IMG/VR virus record: IMGVR_UViG_2914923772_000011
Span: 10,054-74,053 of that record
DNA: 64,000 nucleotides
Source: a virus
Lineage: Duplodnaviria; Caudoviricetes
Reading direction: 5' to 3' (one strand)
How positions within the stretch are numbered: the first letter of the stretch is position 1; the number at the start of each line of letters is the position of its first letter. This document shows positions 16,740 through 26,673 of the stretch, in pieces. The notes under the pieces were generated by a model. That model had not been told where the DNA came from and ran no database searches. It saw nothing but the letters and a program-made list of their open reading frames with translations. A program made the translations under genes and the position numbers.

Positions 16740-19700
16740 ATGATCGACTTTTTAATGATTTCGACCCGTAGTACGAAGCGTGGTGTAATAGAAATCTATC
16801 CGAAGTTCATCATTAAGAAAAGCTCCGACCTGATGATTAGAGGCGGTGACTTCTATGCCATTTGGTTAGAAGACCGAGGTTTATGGTCTACGGATGAGCA
16901 AGATGCGCTCCAGCTTATTGACCGGGAACTTGACAAGTATGCAGAGGAAAACCGCAAAAACTTTGATTCGAGTATTAAAGTTCTGCACATGTGGGATTCC
17001 GAATCTGGAATGATCGATTCATGGCATAAATACTGTCAAAAGCAGATGCGAGACTCTTTCCACATGCTTGATGAGAAACTTATATTCTCCAATACACCGA
17101 CGAACAAAAAAGACTACGCAAGTAAGCGGCTGAACTATCCTCTTGAAGAAGGGGCCACGGATGCATGGAATAAGCTGATGTCCACAATTTACTCTAAAGA
17201 AGAGCGAACGAAAATTGAATGGGCTATTGGTTCTATTGTCTGTGGAGAGTCGAAGAAATTGCAGAAATTTATGGTTCTGTACGGTGCAGCAGGTACGGGT
17301 AAGTCTACGGTTCTGAACATTGTTCAGCAGCTCTTTGAAGGATATTATTCTGTCTTCGATGCGAAAGCACTGGGTTCGTCCAGTAATTCCTTTGCATTAG
17401 AGGCATTCAAGACGAATCCACTTGTGGCAATTCAGCATGACGGTGACTTATCTCGCATCGAGGACAACACCCGACTGAACAGTTTGGTTTCTCACGAGCT
17501 GATGACAGTAAATGAAAAGTTCAAATCGACCTACGCAAACCGCTTCAAGTGCTTCCTGTTCATGGGCACCAATAAACCGGTCAAGATTACGGACGCAAAG
17601 TCAGGTCTTATCAGACGATTGATCGATGTGTCCCCTTCCGGAAACAAATTGAGTCCCAAGGAATACAAGGCGGTGACAAAGCAAATCGAATTTGAACTCG
17701 GTGCAATTGCTTATCATTGCCAGGAAGTCTATCTGGAGAATCCGGGCAGATACGATGATTATATTCCCGTGACGATGCTCGGTGCATCTAATGATTTCTA
17801 TAACTTCATTATTGATTCTTACCATGTCTTCAAGAAAGAAGACGGGACAACTCTCAAAGCCTCATGGGAGATGTATAAAACCTATTGCGATGAGGCAAAA
17901 GTTACCTTCCCGTTCTCTCAGAGGATATTTAAGGAGGAACTGAAAAACTACTTCCGGGATTACAAGGAGAGATTCAATCTTGATGACGGAACTCGTGTGC
18001 GAAGCTATTACATTGGCTTTCGAACCGAAAAATTCGAGGATAAGGCACTTACCGAGCAAGACGAGCCTGAGCATAAACTGATCGAATTCTTAAAACAGAA
18101 ATCGGTCTTCGATAGAGAATGCGCAGATTGTCCTGCTCAGTATGCTTCGGCTAAAGAGACACCAACTTCCAAATGGGATGAAGTTTCAACTAAGCTAAGC
18201 AACTTGACGACATCAAGATTGCATTATGTGAAAGTCCCGGAGAACCACATTGTTATCGACTTTGATATTCAGGATAAGGACGGCAATAAGTCGTATGAAC
18301 TGAATCTCAAAGAAGCGAGTAAATGGCCGCCGACCTATGCTGAACTCAGCAAAAGCGGTCAGGGCATCCACCTTCATTATATTTATGCTGGTGATGTCAG
18401 CAAGCTCAGCCGAGTGTATGACGATCATATTGAAGTGAAGGTCTTCACCGGTAAAAGCTCGCTGCGCAGAAAGCTGACAAAGTGTAATGATCTGCCTATC
18501 GCAACGATCAACTCGGGTTTACCACTGAAAGGAGAAAAACAAGTGATAAATTTTGAAGGAGTGAAGAGCGAGAAAGGGCTTAGAACGCAAATCAAGCGAA
18601 ATCTGAACAAGGAGTACCATCCGGCAACAAAGCCCAGTATCGACTTCATTTACAAGATTCTTGAGGATGCTTATGCAAGCGGACTCAATTATGACGTGAC
18701 TGATATGCGCAATGCTGTCTTGGCATTTGCAGCGAGCAGCACACATCAGGCGGATTACTGTATCAAGTTAGTCAACAAGATGCAGTTTAAGTCCGCAGAC
18801 CAGTCAGCAGGAGCAAAAAATGATGATGCCAAGCTCGTGTTCTATGATGTTGAGGTATTTCCGAACCTGTTCTTGGTGAACTGGAAAATCGAGGGCGAGG
18901 GTAAGCCGGTGGTTCGTATGATTAACCCTACCCCGACTGAGATTGAAGAGCTGATGCGATTCCGTCTGGTTGGCTTCAACTGCCGTCGATACGACAACCA
19001 TATTCTCTATGCTCGGCTGATGGGGTATACGAACGAACAGCTTTATAATCTCTCGACAAAGATCATCAACGGCAGCGCAAATTGCTTCTTTGGCGAAGCC
19101 TATAATGTGTCGTATACGGATGTGTATGACTTTTCCAGTAAGAAGCAGTCCCTTAAGAAGTTCGAGATTGAACTGGGTATTCACCATCAGGAACTTGGTC
19201 TGCCTTGGGACAAGCCTGTGCCGGAGGAGCTTTGGACTAAGGTTGCTGAGTATTGCGACAACGATGTCATTGCGACAGAAGCAACCTTTAATGCTCGTAA
19301 GGCGGACTTCACGGCTCGTCAGATTCTGGCAGATGTGGCGGGGATGTCCGTCAATGATACAACGAACTCGCTGACTACCAGAATTATATTTGGTAACAAC
19401 CGCAAGCCTCAGGATCAGTTCAATTACCGTTTCATGGGTGACGAGAGTCAAATCTTCGACCCTAATGCGGATCTTCCGTTTACAATGGGGCTTGAAGACT
19501 ACGACGAGTTCACACAGTTCGATAAAAACCATCGTCCCATCTTTCCTGGCTACACATTCGAGGGCGGCAAGTCTGTCTACAGAGGTGAAGAAGTCGGTGA
19601 GGGCGGCTATGTATATTCTGAACCCGGTATGTACAGTAACATTGCTCTGTTGGATATTGCCTCTATGCATCCGAGCAGTATTGTAGCAGAAGAACTCTTC

Positions 19701-20891
19701 GGACCGGAATACACAAAGCGATTCGACGAAATTCTTCAGGCTCGTATTGCTATCAAGCATAAGGATTTTGACAAAGCAAAGAAGATGCTGGGTGGTGCAT
19801 TGGCTAAGTACCTGACTGACGAGAATGCTGCGGCTGACTTGGCACAGGCTCTGAAAATTGCAATTAACTCCGTGTACGGTCTGACCTCAGCCGGATTTGA
19901 AAACCCGTTCCGGGATAACCGTAACAAGGATAACATCGTTGCGAAGCGTGGAGCTCTGTTTATGGTCAATCTCAAGCACGCTGTTCAGAGTCAGGGCTTT
20001 ACTGTGGCACACATCAAAACCGACTCCATCAAGATTCCGGATGCAACGCCTGAGATCATCAAGTTTGTAACTGAATACGGCAAGCTGTATGGGTACAACT
20101 TTGAACACGAAGCAACCTACGACCGTATGTGTCTGGTAAACGACGCAGTTTATATTGCTCGTTATGCTACAGTCGAGAAGTGCTGTGACCTGTACGGGAA
20201 AAAGTACATCGACTCTGCAAAGGATATTTGCAAGGAGAACAAGAAGCATCCGTATGCGTGGACAGCAACCGGTACACAGTTCCAGATTCCTTATGTTTTC
20301 AAGACGCTCTTCAGCAAGGAGAACATCGAGTTCGAGGATATGTGCGAGACGAAATCTGTAACTTCCTCGCTCTATCTTGACATGAACGAGGCTCTGCCGG
20401 ATGTAAGTGCCCTTGAAGCGGAAAGAGATAAACTGTGGAAACAGATTACCGATTCTAAACGCATGACTGAGCCGATGTCCACTGAATGTAAGCGTGTCGA
20501 AGAATTAACGGACGAAATTGCCAAGGGTCATAACTACCACTTTATCGGAAAAGTTGGTCAGTTCTGCCCGATTAAGCCTGGCTGCGGAGGCGGCATCCTG
20601 CTTCGTGAAACAGAAAACAAGAAGACTGGTGAAAAGGGTTACGCTGCTGCTACGGGTTCTAAGGGCTTCCGCTGGCTTGAGTCCGAGATGGTCAAGCAGC
20701 TGGACAAACAGGGTGACATTGACCGTGGTTATTACAACAACATGGTAGACGAAGCAGTCAAGTCTCTGTCTGTTTATGGTGACTTCGAACGCTTTGCGGC
20801 GGACGAACCGTATGTTTCGGATAACACACCACCGTGGTTCGGAGCTGGCGAGCCTCATGAGGACGATACTACGCCGTTTGATGTGAGGTAA
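16740..20891 (+). CDS. Fused SF3 helicase - AEP primase - 3'-5' exonuclease/family B DNA polymerase
   Basis: GAAGTGKST Walker A; VIDFD and SKSGQGIHLHY primase motifs; YDVE, GFNCRRYD, YCDND exonuclease motifs; DIASMHPS, KIAINSVYG, KTDS polymerase motifs. Confidence 0.9.
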   Translation: MIDFLMISTRSTKRGVIEIYPKFIIKKSSDLMIRGGDFYAIWLEDRGLWSTDEQDALQLIDRELDKYAEENRKNFDSSIKVLHMWDSESGMIDSWHKYCQKQMRDSFHMLDEKLIFSNTPTNKKDYASKRLNYPLEEGATDAWNKLMSTIYSKEERTKIEWAIGSIVCGESKKLQKFMVLYGAAGTGKSTVLNIVQQLFEGYYSVFDAKALGSSSNSFALEAFKTNPLVAIQHDGDLSRIEDNTRLNSLVSHELMTVNEKFKSTYANRFKCFLFMGTNKPVKITDAKSGLIRRLIDVSPSGNKLSPKEYKAVTKQIEFELGAIAYHCQEVYLENPGRYDDYIPVTMLGASNDFYNFIIDSYHVFKKEDGTTLKASWEMYKTYCDEAKVTFPFSQRIFKEELKNYFRDYKERFNLDDGTRVRSYYIGFRTEKFEDKALTEQDEPEHKLIEFLKQKSVFDRECADCPAQYASAKETPTSKWDEVSTKLSNLTTSRLHYVKVPENHIVIDFDIQDKDGNKSYELNLKEASKWPPTYAELSKSGQGIHLHYIYAGDVSKLSRVYDDHIEVKVFTGKSSLRRKLTKCNDLPIATINSGLPLKGEKQVINFEGVKSEKGLRTQIKRNLNKEYHPATKPSIDFIYKILEDAYASGLNYDVTDMRNAVLAFAASSTHQADYCIKLVNKMQFKSADQSAGAKNDDAKLVFYDVEVFPNLFLVNWKIEGEGKPVVRMINPTPTEIEELMRFRLVGFNCRRYDNHILYARLMGYTNEQLYNLSTKIINGSANCFFGEAYNVSYTDVYDFSSKKQSLKKFEIELGIHHQELGLPWDKPVPEELWTKVAEYCDNDVIATEATFNARKADFTARQILADVAGMSVNDTTNSLTTRIIFGNNRKPQDQFNYRFMGDESQIFDPNADLPFTMGLEDYDEFTQFDKNHRPIFPGYTFEGGKSVYRGEEVGEGGYVYSEPGMYSNIALLDIASMHPSSIVAEELFGPEYTKRFDEILQARIAIKHKDFDKAKKMLGGALAKYLTDENAAADLAQALKIAINSVYGLTSAGFENPFRDNRNKDNIVAKRGALFMVNLKHAVQSQGFTVAHIKTDSIKIPDATPEIIKFVTEYGKLYGYNFEHEATYDRMCLVNDAVYIARYATVEKCCDLYGKKYIDSAKDICKENKKHPYAWTATGTQFQIPYVFKTLFSKENIEFEDMCETKSVTSSLYLDMNEALPDVSALEAERDKLWKQITDSKRMTEPMSTECKRVEELTDEIAKGHNYHFIGKVGQFCPIKPGCGGGILLRETENKKTGEKGYAAATGSKGFRWLESEMVKQLDKQGDIDRGYYNNMVDEAVKSLSVYGDFERFAADEPYVSDNTPPWFGAGEPHEDDTTPFDVR

Positions 20892-20896
20892 TGCTT

Positions 20897-21022
20897 ATGA
20901 TTTTAATTCTGTTAATTGCTGTGTTCATTTATATTTTGTGCACGGCTGATTCTACCGAGTCCTGTATTCCCAATGAGGAGTGCAGGACTTGCCCATTTCC
21001 ATGCGACAAACGCAAAAATTGA
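20897..21022 (+). CDS. 41-aa membrane-anchored Cys-rich peptide (not in the ORF track)
   Basis: MILILLIAVFIYILC...CIPNEECRTCPFPCDKRKN. Confidence 0.5.
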   Translation: MILILLIAVFIYILCTADSTESCIPNEECRTCPFPCDKRKN

Positions 21023-21037
21023 AAGGAGAAACTAATT

Positions 21038-21520
21038 ATGGCTTATAAAGCAGTAGACAACATCATCATCGAGAATGCTCGAATTATCTTCCGCAACTTT
21101 AAGGGTGAGGAGTCCAAGTACAATCGTGCTGGCTCCCGCAATTTCTGCGTGGTCATTGAAGATCCCGATATGGCGCAGAAGCTTATTGAGGATGGCTGGA
21201 ATGTTCGTGTTTTGGCTCCTCGTGATGAGGACGAGGCTCCTCGCCATTATATTCAGGTGGCGGTCAGCTTCGACAACATCCCCCCGAAGGTTATTATGAT
21301 TACTCGTCGAGCTAAGACTCAGCTGGATGAGGAGTCTATCGGAACTCTGGACTTCGCAGAGATCCGCAATGTCGACCTGACTATCCGTCCCTACAACTGG
21401 GAGGTCAATGGTAAGACTGGCGTCAAGGCATACCTTAAGACGATGTATGTCACCATTGAAGAAGACGAATTCGCTGAAAAGTATGCCGAAACTGAGGGTC
21501 CTGAGGAGATGCCCTTCTAA
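21038..21520 (+). CDS. ssb: Single-stranded DNA-binding protein
   Basis: OB-fold-like aromatic/basic strands; acidic tail ending EEMPF; follows the polymerase. Confidence 0.75.
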   Translation: MAYKAVDNIIIENARIIFRNFKGEESKYNRAGSRNFCVVIEDPDMAQKLIEDGWNVRVLAPRDEDEAPRHYIQVAVSFDNIPPKVIMITRRAKTQLDEESIGTLDFAEIRNVDLTIRPYNWEVNGKTGVKAYLKTMYVTIEEDEFAEKYAETEGPEEMPF

Positions 21521-21626
21521 AGGTGAATAGGTGCCAGCTTAGTACATGTCTGGTTAAATGTCCAGTAAGGTCTCGATTAGGTGTGCACGCCTATGATGGT
21601 AAGAGGAAACAGCCTATTCCCCTTTA
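21518..21626 (+). ncRNA. Candidate multi-stem structured RNA between ssb and the methylase-like gene
   Basis: 13/14-bp closing stem 21518-21531/21613-21626 with two inner hairpins. Confidence 0.35.
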
Positions 21627-21648
21627 GTAACCGAAAGGAGGTAAAGCC

Positions 21649-22518
21649 ATGTTGTGGCAGAAAAAGAAGAAACGCAAAAAGGCTACCAAGCCTAAAGCAG
21701 TTACTTTAGTTGCTCCTCAGCAGCCGGTGGAAGAGATTCCGCAAACGACTGAGCCTGAGGAAAAAGAAGAAACGCCAAAGCAAAAAAAGCCCGCTGGGGA
21801 AAAATACAAAAAGGTTTTGTCCCCGGAAAAAGCTTTCTTAGATGCATTCGGACGATTGACTAACCGACATCGGGCTTGGGATGTTTGGCGTGACTTCATC
21901 ACTATGTTCGCTTGTTCGCTATCTAATCCTCTCGATAAGGAGCACCGGGATAAGCGAGAAGCGTTATATTTGGAAATCATCAAAAAGTACAATAAGCAGG
22001 AACAAGAGGTGTTTCCTGAACTGGCTGCTCAGACTGTCTTGGCTTTGGAAGAAAATCCGGAGCAGGACTTTCTGGGCAGCATTTTCATGTCCCTTAAGCT
22101 CGGTGACGAGCATAACGGTCAGATCTTCACACCGTATCATGTCTGTGAACTAATGGCTGAAATGACGATGGATGATGTTGTAAAAAAGGTAGAACAGGAC
22201 GGTTATATTTCAATTAACGATCCGTGCTGCGGAGCTGGGGCCACATTGATTGCCGGAATCCACACTGCAAGGAAGCAGTTGGAAAAAGTAAACTTGAACT
22301 ACCAAAATCATCTTCTCGTCGTTGCACAGGATATCGATGAAACGGTGGCGCTTATGTGTTATATTCAGCTTTCACTTTTGGGGGTAGCAGGATATGTAAA
22401 GGTCGGAAACTCTCTGACAGAACCGATGACAGACAACGACAATAAAGAGAACTACTGGTTCACGCCAATGTATTATTCTAATGTCTGGGTGCTGCGTCGG
22501 ATCTTCGGAGGGCGCTGA
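21649..22518 (+). CDS. N6-adenine methyltransferase-fold protein lacking a visible NPPY/F motif
   Basis: GQIFTPYHV and NDPCCGAG SAM-binding motif; ends VGNSL..FTPMY. Confidence 0.7.
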   Translation: MLWQKKKKRKKATKPKAVTLVAPQQPVEEIPQTTEPEEKEETPKQKKPAGEKYKKVLSPEKAFLDAFGRLTNRHRAWDVWRDFITMFACSLSNPLDKEHRDKREALYLEIIKKYNKQEQEVFPELAAQTVLALEENPEQDFLGSIFMSLKLGDEHNGQIFTPYHVCELMAEMTMDDVVKKVEQDGYISINDPCCGAGATLIAGIHTARKQLEKVNLNYQNHLLVVAQDIDETVALMCYIQLSLLGVAGYVKVGNSLTEPMTDNDNKENYWFTPMYYSNVWVLRRIFGGR

Positions 22519-23756
22519 TGGCAGGTATATCACTTCGAGACTATCAAACAGATGCCGTTGAGAGAATGAAAAACGGCTGCATTCTCTGTGGCGGTGTCGG
22601 TAGTGGCAAATCCAGAACAGCTTTAGCCTATTACTACAAACAGAATGGTGGTAAGCTCGGCACAAAAAGTTATATTCGGATGCCGGGTACGCCAAAAGAC
22701 CTGTACATCATCACCACGGCGAGAAAGAGAGATACTTTGGAATGGGAGGGTGAGCTTTCGCCCTTCCTTCTCTCTGTTCACGCGGAAGTCAATACCTATA
22801 AAAATAAGGTCGTCGTTGATTCCTGGAACAATATCGGGAAGTATGCAACGGTTACGGATGCGTTCTTTATATTTGACGAGCAGCGTGTTGTTGGTTCAGG
22901 AGCATGGGTTAAGGCATTCCTGAAAATTGCCAAGTTTAACGAATGGATTCTACTATCTGCCACCCCAGGAGACACATGGGAGGATTATATTCCTGTTTTT
23001 GTTGCAAACGGCTTTTATAAAAACCGGACTGCCTTCAAAGAAGAACACATGGTCATGACTTGGGTAAACGGAAAGTATCCAAAAGTAGACAGATATTTAG
23101 GGGTAGGACGACTCATCCGACTTCGCAATCGCATTCTTGTGGATATGGATTTTAAGCGGGAAACCTGTTCGCACCATGAGGATGTTTATGTCAATTATGA
23201 TGTTGCGAAGTATAAAGAGACAAGTCGTCTTCGCTGGAACCCATATAAAAACGAGCCGATTGTCAACGCCGGAGAACTCTGCTATGTATGGCGACGCATC
23301 GTAAATGAGGACGAGTCCAGGCAAATCGCTCTAATGGAGCTGTTTGAGAAACATCCTAAAATGATCGTCTTCTACAATTTCGACTACGAGCTTGATATTC
23401 TGAAAAATCTCTACTATGGAGAAAATGTTGAGATTGCAGAATGGAACGGTCACAAGCATCAACCGATCCCGACTTGCGACAGTTGGGTGTATCTGGTTCA
23501 GTATACTGCTGGAGCCGAAGGTTGGAACTGCATTAGCACAGACACCATTGTGTTCTACTCGCAGAATTACTCCTACAAAATTATGAAGCAGTCAGCTGGG
23601 CGAACCGATCGCTTAAATACTCCGTTCAAAGATTTATATTACTACCATTTGAAATCCCGTTCCGGCATTGATTTGGCTATCAGTCGAGCGTTAAGCGAAA
23701 AGCGGAATTTCAACGAAACCAAGTATGTCGGCAGCTATAAACCCAAAGCTGCCTGA
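22518..23756 (+). CDS. SF2 (DEAD/SNF2-like) helicase
   Basis: GGVGSGKS, FDEQ, LSATP, QSAGRTDRL. Confidence 0.85.
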   Translation: MAGISLRDYQTDAVERMKNGCILCGGVGSGKSRTALAYYYKQNGGKLGTKSYIRMPGTPKDLYIITTARKRDTLEWEGELSPFLLSVHAEVNTYKNKVVVDSWNNIGKYATVTDAFFIFDEQRVVGSGAWVKAFLKIAKFNEWILLSATPGDTWEDYIPVFVANGFYKNRTAFKEEHMVMTWVNGKYPKVDRYLGVGRLIRLRNRILVDMDFKRETCSHHEDVYVNYDVAKYKETSRLRWNPYKNEPIVNAGELCYVWRRIVNEDESRQIALMELFEKHPKMIVFYNFDYELDILKNLYYGENVEIAEWNGHKHQPIPTCDSWVYLVQYTAGAEGWNCISTDTIVFYSQNYSYKIMKQSAGRTDRLNTPFKDLYYYHLKSRSGIDLAISRALSEKRNFNETKYVGSYKPKAA

Positions 23757-23769
23757 GAAAGGAGAAAAG

Positions 23770-23988
23770 ATGATAACAATTGATGTCGCGGAGTATTGCT
23801 CTGCTTGCATGGACTTCGACCCAGATGTTCAACGACCGCAAAAAGCATACGGAATGAGTGAAGAGATCGTCATATCCGACACGGTCATTCGATGCTCAAA
23901 TCGAAATCGGTGCAAAAACATTGAGCGATACCTGAGAAAGAAGGTGACGAACGATGGCGTTGGCAAGACTGACGAAGCAATGCCGTGA
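23770..23988 (+). CDS. Small Cys-containing hypothetical protein
   Basis: GAAAGGAGAAAAG RBS. Confidence 0.65.
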   Translation: MITIDVAEYCSACMDFDPDVQRPQKAYGMSEEIVISDTVIRCSNRNRCKNIERYLRKKVTNDGVGKTDEAMP

Positions 23989-24223
23989 ATGTCCTTTTGT
24001 CGAGACCTGTGAGCACAAGGAAGTGGAAGCATTGGGATATTTACCAGAACCGATTATGACAGATGCCAAAGTCCCGGTTACTGCTGATATAGCAGCTCCC
24101 ATTTTGAGAGAAACCGTAAGCCGTGTAGTAGACGGCAAAGTAGCAACAATGTATAAGGACGAGTTGGAGAAGGTCCTTTATAAAGATTTATATTCTCATC
24201 TCGGACTTCAGTTTGGAGGATGA
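23954..24223 (+). CDS. Small hypothetical protein
   Basis: CRECPFVETC motif; overlaps the previous gene. Confidence 0.6.
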   Translation: MALARLTKQCRECPFVETCEHKEVEALGYLPEPIMTDAKVPVTADIAAPILRETVSRVVDGKVATMYKDELEKVLYKDLYSHLGLQFGG

Positions 24224-24698
24224 ATATGCATAACAATACCAACAATTCAGACAGAATGAATACTGTCGCTTATAAAATCGGGCAGGCTATCGCGCTGGTA
24301 GCTTGTCTTTGTGTTTCTGCCATCGTCATTGCTTTAACTGTGAAGTGCATCCTGTGGATTTTGTAAGGAGTTTTTGCAGATGAATGAAGAAAAGGAAGTC
24401 TATTTTGACCAGTATTGCAAATCTTGCAAATACCACGGTCTTGAAGAGTCCAAAGACCCGTGCAATGACTGTCTCGCAGAACCCAGCAATACAAATTCCC
24501 ACAAACCGATGAACTATGAAAGCAAAAACAATTCTTGATGCCGAGAAAAAGGATGCGATTGATATTGCAACGGAACTTTGCTATAGCGAAGAAGTCAAGA
24601 GAAAAATTGCACAGGCAAAATCTGTTTACGAAATTGGTCGCATCCTTAAACAAGCACGGCTCGATCAAGAGTGATATTTCTGAAAGGAGAAAAGAAAC

Positions 24699-24998
24699 AT
24701 GAATCTTGAGGAGTTCAGAAAGGCACTTTCGTCAGATGCTACTGAAGAGAATGCACAACTGAAAAGACAGTTGTCAGACCTTCAGACTGAATACCATGAA
24801 AAGCTTTCAAAACTCGAAAATGAAAACGATTCACTTAAAGAAAGTTGTCGGGTTTTATGCAATCGATGCTTTACTCTTACGAGAGGTGTTACTTGTCTAT
24901 TTTGTGGTCTCGATTACCCCTGCCCTCATATGCCGGGGCTTGAGGAACAGGTGGCTATGGCTCATAAATTGAGAAAGGAGATCGAAAAAAATGGCTAA
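24699..24998 (+). CDS. Coiled-coil protein with Cys cluster
   Basis: GAAAGGAGAAAAGAAAC RBS; CNRC..CLFC. Confidence 0.7.
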   Translation: MNLEEFRKALSSDATEENAQLKRQLSDLQTEYHEKLSKLENENDSLKESCRVLCNRCFTLTRGVTCLFCGLDYPCPHMPGLEEQVAMAHKLRKEIEKNG

Positions 24999-25230
24999 TG
25001 GGTATCGTAATGCTCTTGTTCAGCAAATAAAAGACGCAGGTCAAGAACTTATCAACCGAGCTGAATCGATGGTGCATCCCGAAAATGATTTAATCACTGA
25101 TTTTTCCATAGTAATCCATTTCGAGCAGCATGAGGTACCTACAATCGACTACACAACCAGCGTGGTAAACAAAGTTGCTTGCGATCGGGTTATCTATCAG
25201 AAAGGAGAATCCAATGTCTCAAAAATATGA
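24991..25230 (+). CDS. Small hypothetical protein
   Basis: GAAAGGAG RBS; coupled to neighbours. Confidence 0.65.
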   Translation: MANGYRNALVQQIKDAGQELINRAESMVHPENDLITDFSIVIHFEQHEVPTIDYTTSVVNKVACDRVIYQKGESNVSKI

Positions 25231-25727
25231 TGAATATCTGGAAAAACACAGGCAAGCTGTAAAAAAGGCTTATCAGTGGATTGCTGCTTATATTCCTGAA
25301 CTGACAGATGTGGAGGCGACTCGAAATATTGAGTTCCATGATATGTCGAAGAATACGCCAGATGAGTACACGCCTTATGACAACTATTTCTATGGGGGAG
25401 CAAACCCCAGCAATCATCGAGGCGTTTAACCGGGCATGGCTTATGCATATCCACCGAAACCCCCATCATTGGCAGTATTGGGTCTTAATCAACGACGAAC
25501 CTAAAGAAGGAACTATCCTTATCGAAATGCCGTATCCATACATTATTGAGATGATCTGTGACTGGTGGGCATTCAGCTGGATTAAAGGTGACCTTTCCGA
25601 AATGTTTGCCTGGTATAAAGACCATGCCGATTATATTAAGATGCACAATAATACTCGTTCGATTGTGGAAGAGATTCTGGAAATGATTCGGACGAAGCTT
25701 ACGGAGGTAGAAAATGCTGAAAATTGA
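25214..25727 (+). pseudogene. HD-domain (DUF5662-like) phosphohydrolase split by a +1 frameshift in a G5 run
   Basis: Frame 1 has EFHDMSK; frame 2 continues GEQTPAII..HIHRNPHHWQYW; removing one G at 25394-25398 fuses them. Confidence 0.7.
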
Positions 25728-26481
25728 AAACACCGAGGTTATGGGCTGGGAGCACGCCATTCGTGGTATGCGAAACCCTAAGAACTCTTGGGAGAAGACA
25801 GACTCATATCCTGCTGTTGACTGTGGAAAGTGCGGTAAAATCGAGAGAGAGGATATTTGCAAAAAAGAGGACCGTAATTGTACGGGTTTTGAATGCTTTG
25901 AAGTGGGCCCGAATGACCTGAAGCTTATGACGACCCTTCGCAACGCAGGCACAGACCATCGTAAGTTCATGCGGATGATTACGGTCTATCTTGACATCAC
26001 CGCCCCGCTGTATTGGTGGAAGGAGTTCGATACTTACAAGGTTGGTACGGTTGCCAATTCCTGTTCCACGATGCATAAGATTGCGGATAAGGAGTTTACG
26101 CTGGCGGATTTTAGTTGCGAGCATCTGGATCGCGAACCTTATCATCGCAACTGGATCGAGAGCGTAATCGTCGATGAAGATATCACTTCGCCACACAAGG
26201 TATGGATGACACCATTTGATGTTCTTAGATGCACGATCGAGATGCTAAACGCATATCGTGAAAACTACCTTGAAACCAAGGATAAACAGGATTGGTGGCA
26301 GATGATCCAGCTTCTCCCGAGCTCTTACAACCAGCGCCGGACAGTTATGCTAAACTACGAGGTTCTGGCGAACATCTATAAGTCCCGTCGGAACCACAAG
26401 CTCGACGAGTGGCATACGTTCTGTGACTGGATTGAGAGCCTGCCTTATTCTGAGCTTATTACTGGCGAAAAGAAAGGATGA
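25714..26481 (+). CDS. Divergent ThyX-like (flavin-dependent thymidylate synthase fold) protein
   Basis: DHRKFMRMITVYLDITAPLYWWKEFDTYK..NSCSTMH and LLPSSYNQRRTVMLNYEVLANIY..R..HKL.EW resemble ThyX, but no RHRx7S motif. Confidence 0.5.
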   Translation: MLKIENTEVMGWEHAIRGMRNPKNSWEKTDSYPAVDCGKCGKIEREDICKKEDRNCTGFECFEVGPNDLKLMTTLRNAGTDHRKFMRMITVYLDITAPLYWWKEFDTYKVGTVANSCSTMHKIADKEFTLADFSCEHLDREPYHRNWIESVIVDEDITSPHKVWMTPFDVLRCTIEMLNAYRENYLETKDKQDWWQMIQLLPSSYNQRRTVMLNYEVLANIYKSRRNHKLDEWHTFCDWIESLPYSELITGEKKG

Positions 26482-26673
26482 AAGATGATAAAATTCGTAG
26501 TCAATCAGCTTCCTTATTACGGAGAGCTGTGTCCTCTATGGACGATGTGCAGTAAAAATGCAAAGGAACATGAATGCCCGAGATACTGGGATAAATATAA
26601 AGTCTGCTTAGATGAAAACCCACATGAATGTGAGCACCTTATTGAGACAGGGAAACTCTAATAAATGTTCCTG

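Noticed and set aside
21526-21620. Hammerhead, pistol or twister ribozyme
   Set aside because: Contains GAAAC and TGATG fragments but no CTGANGA core or other complete consensus on either strand
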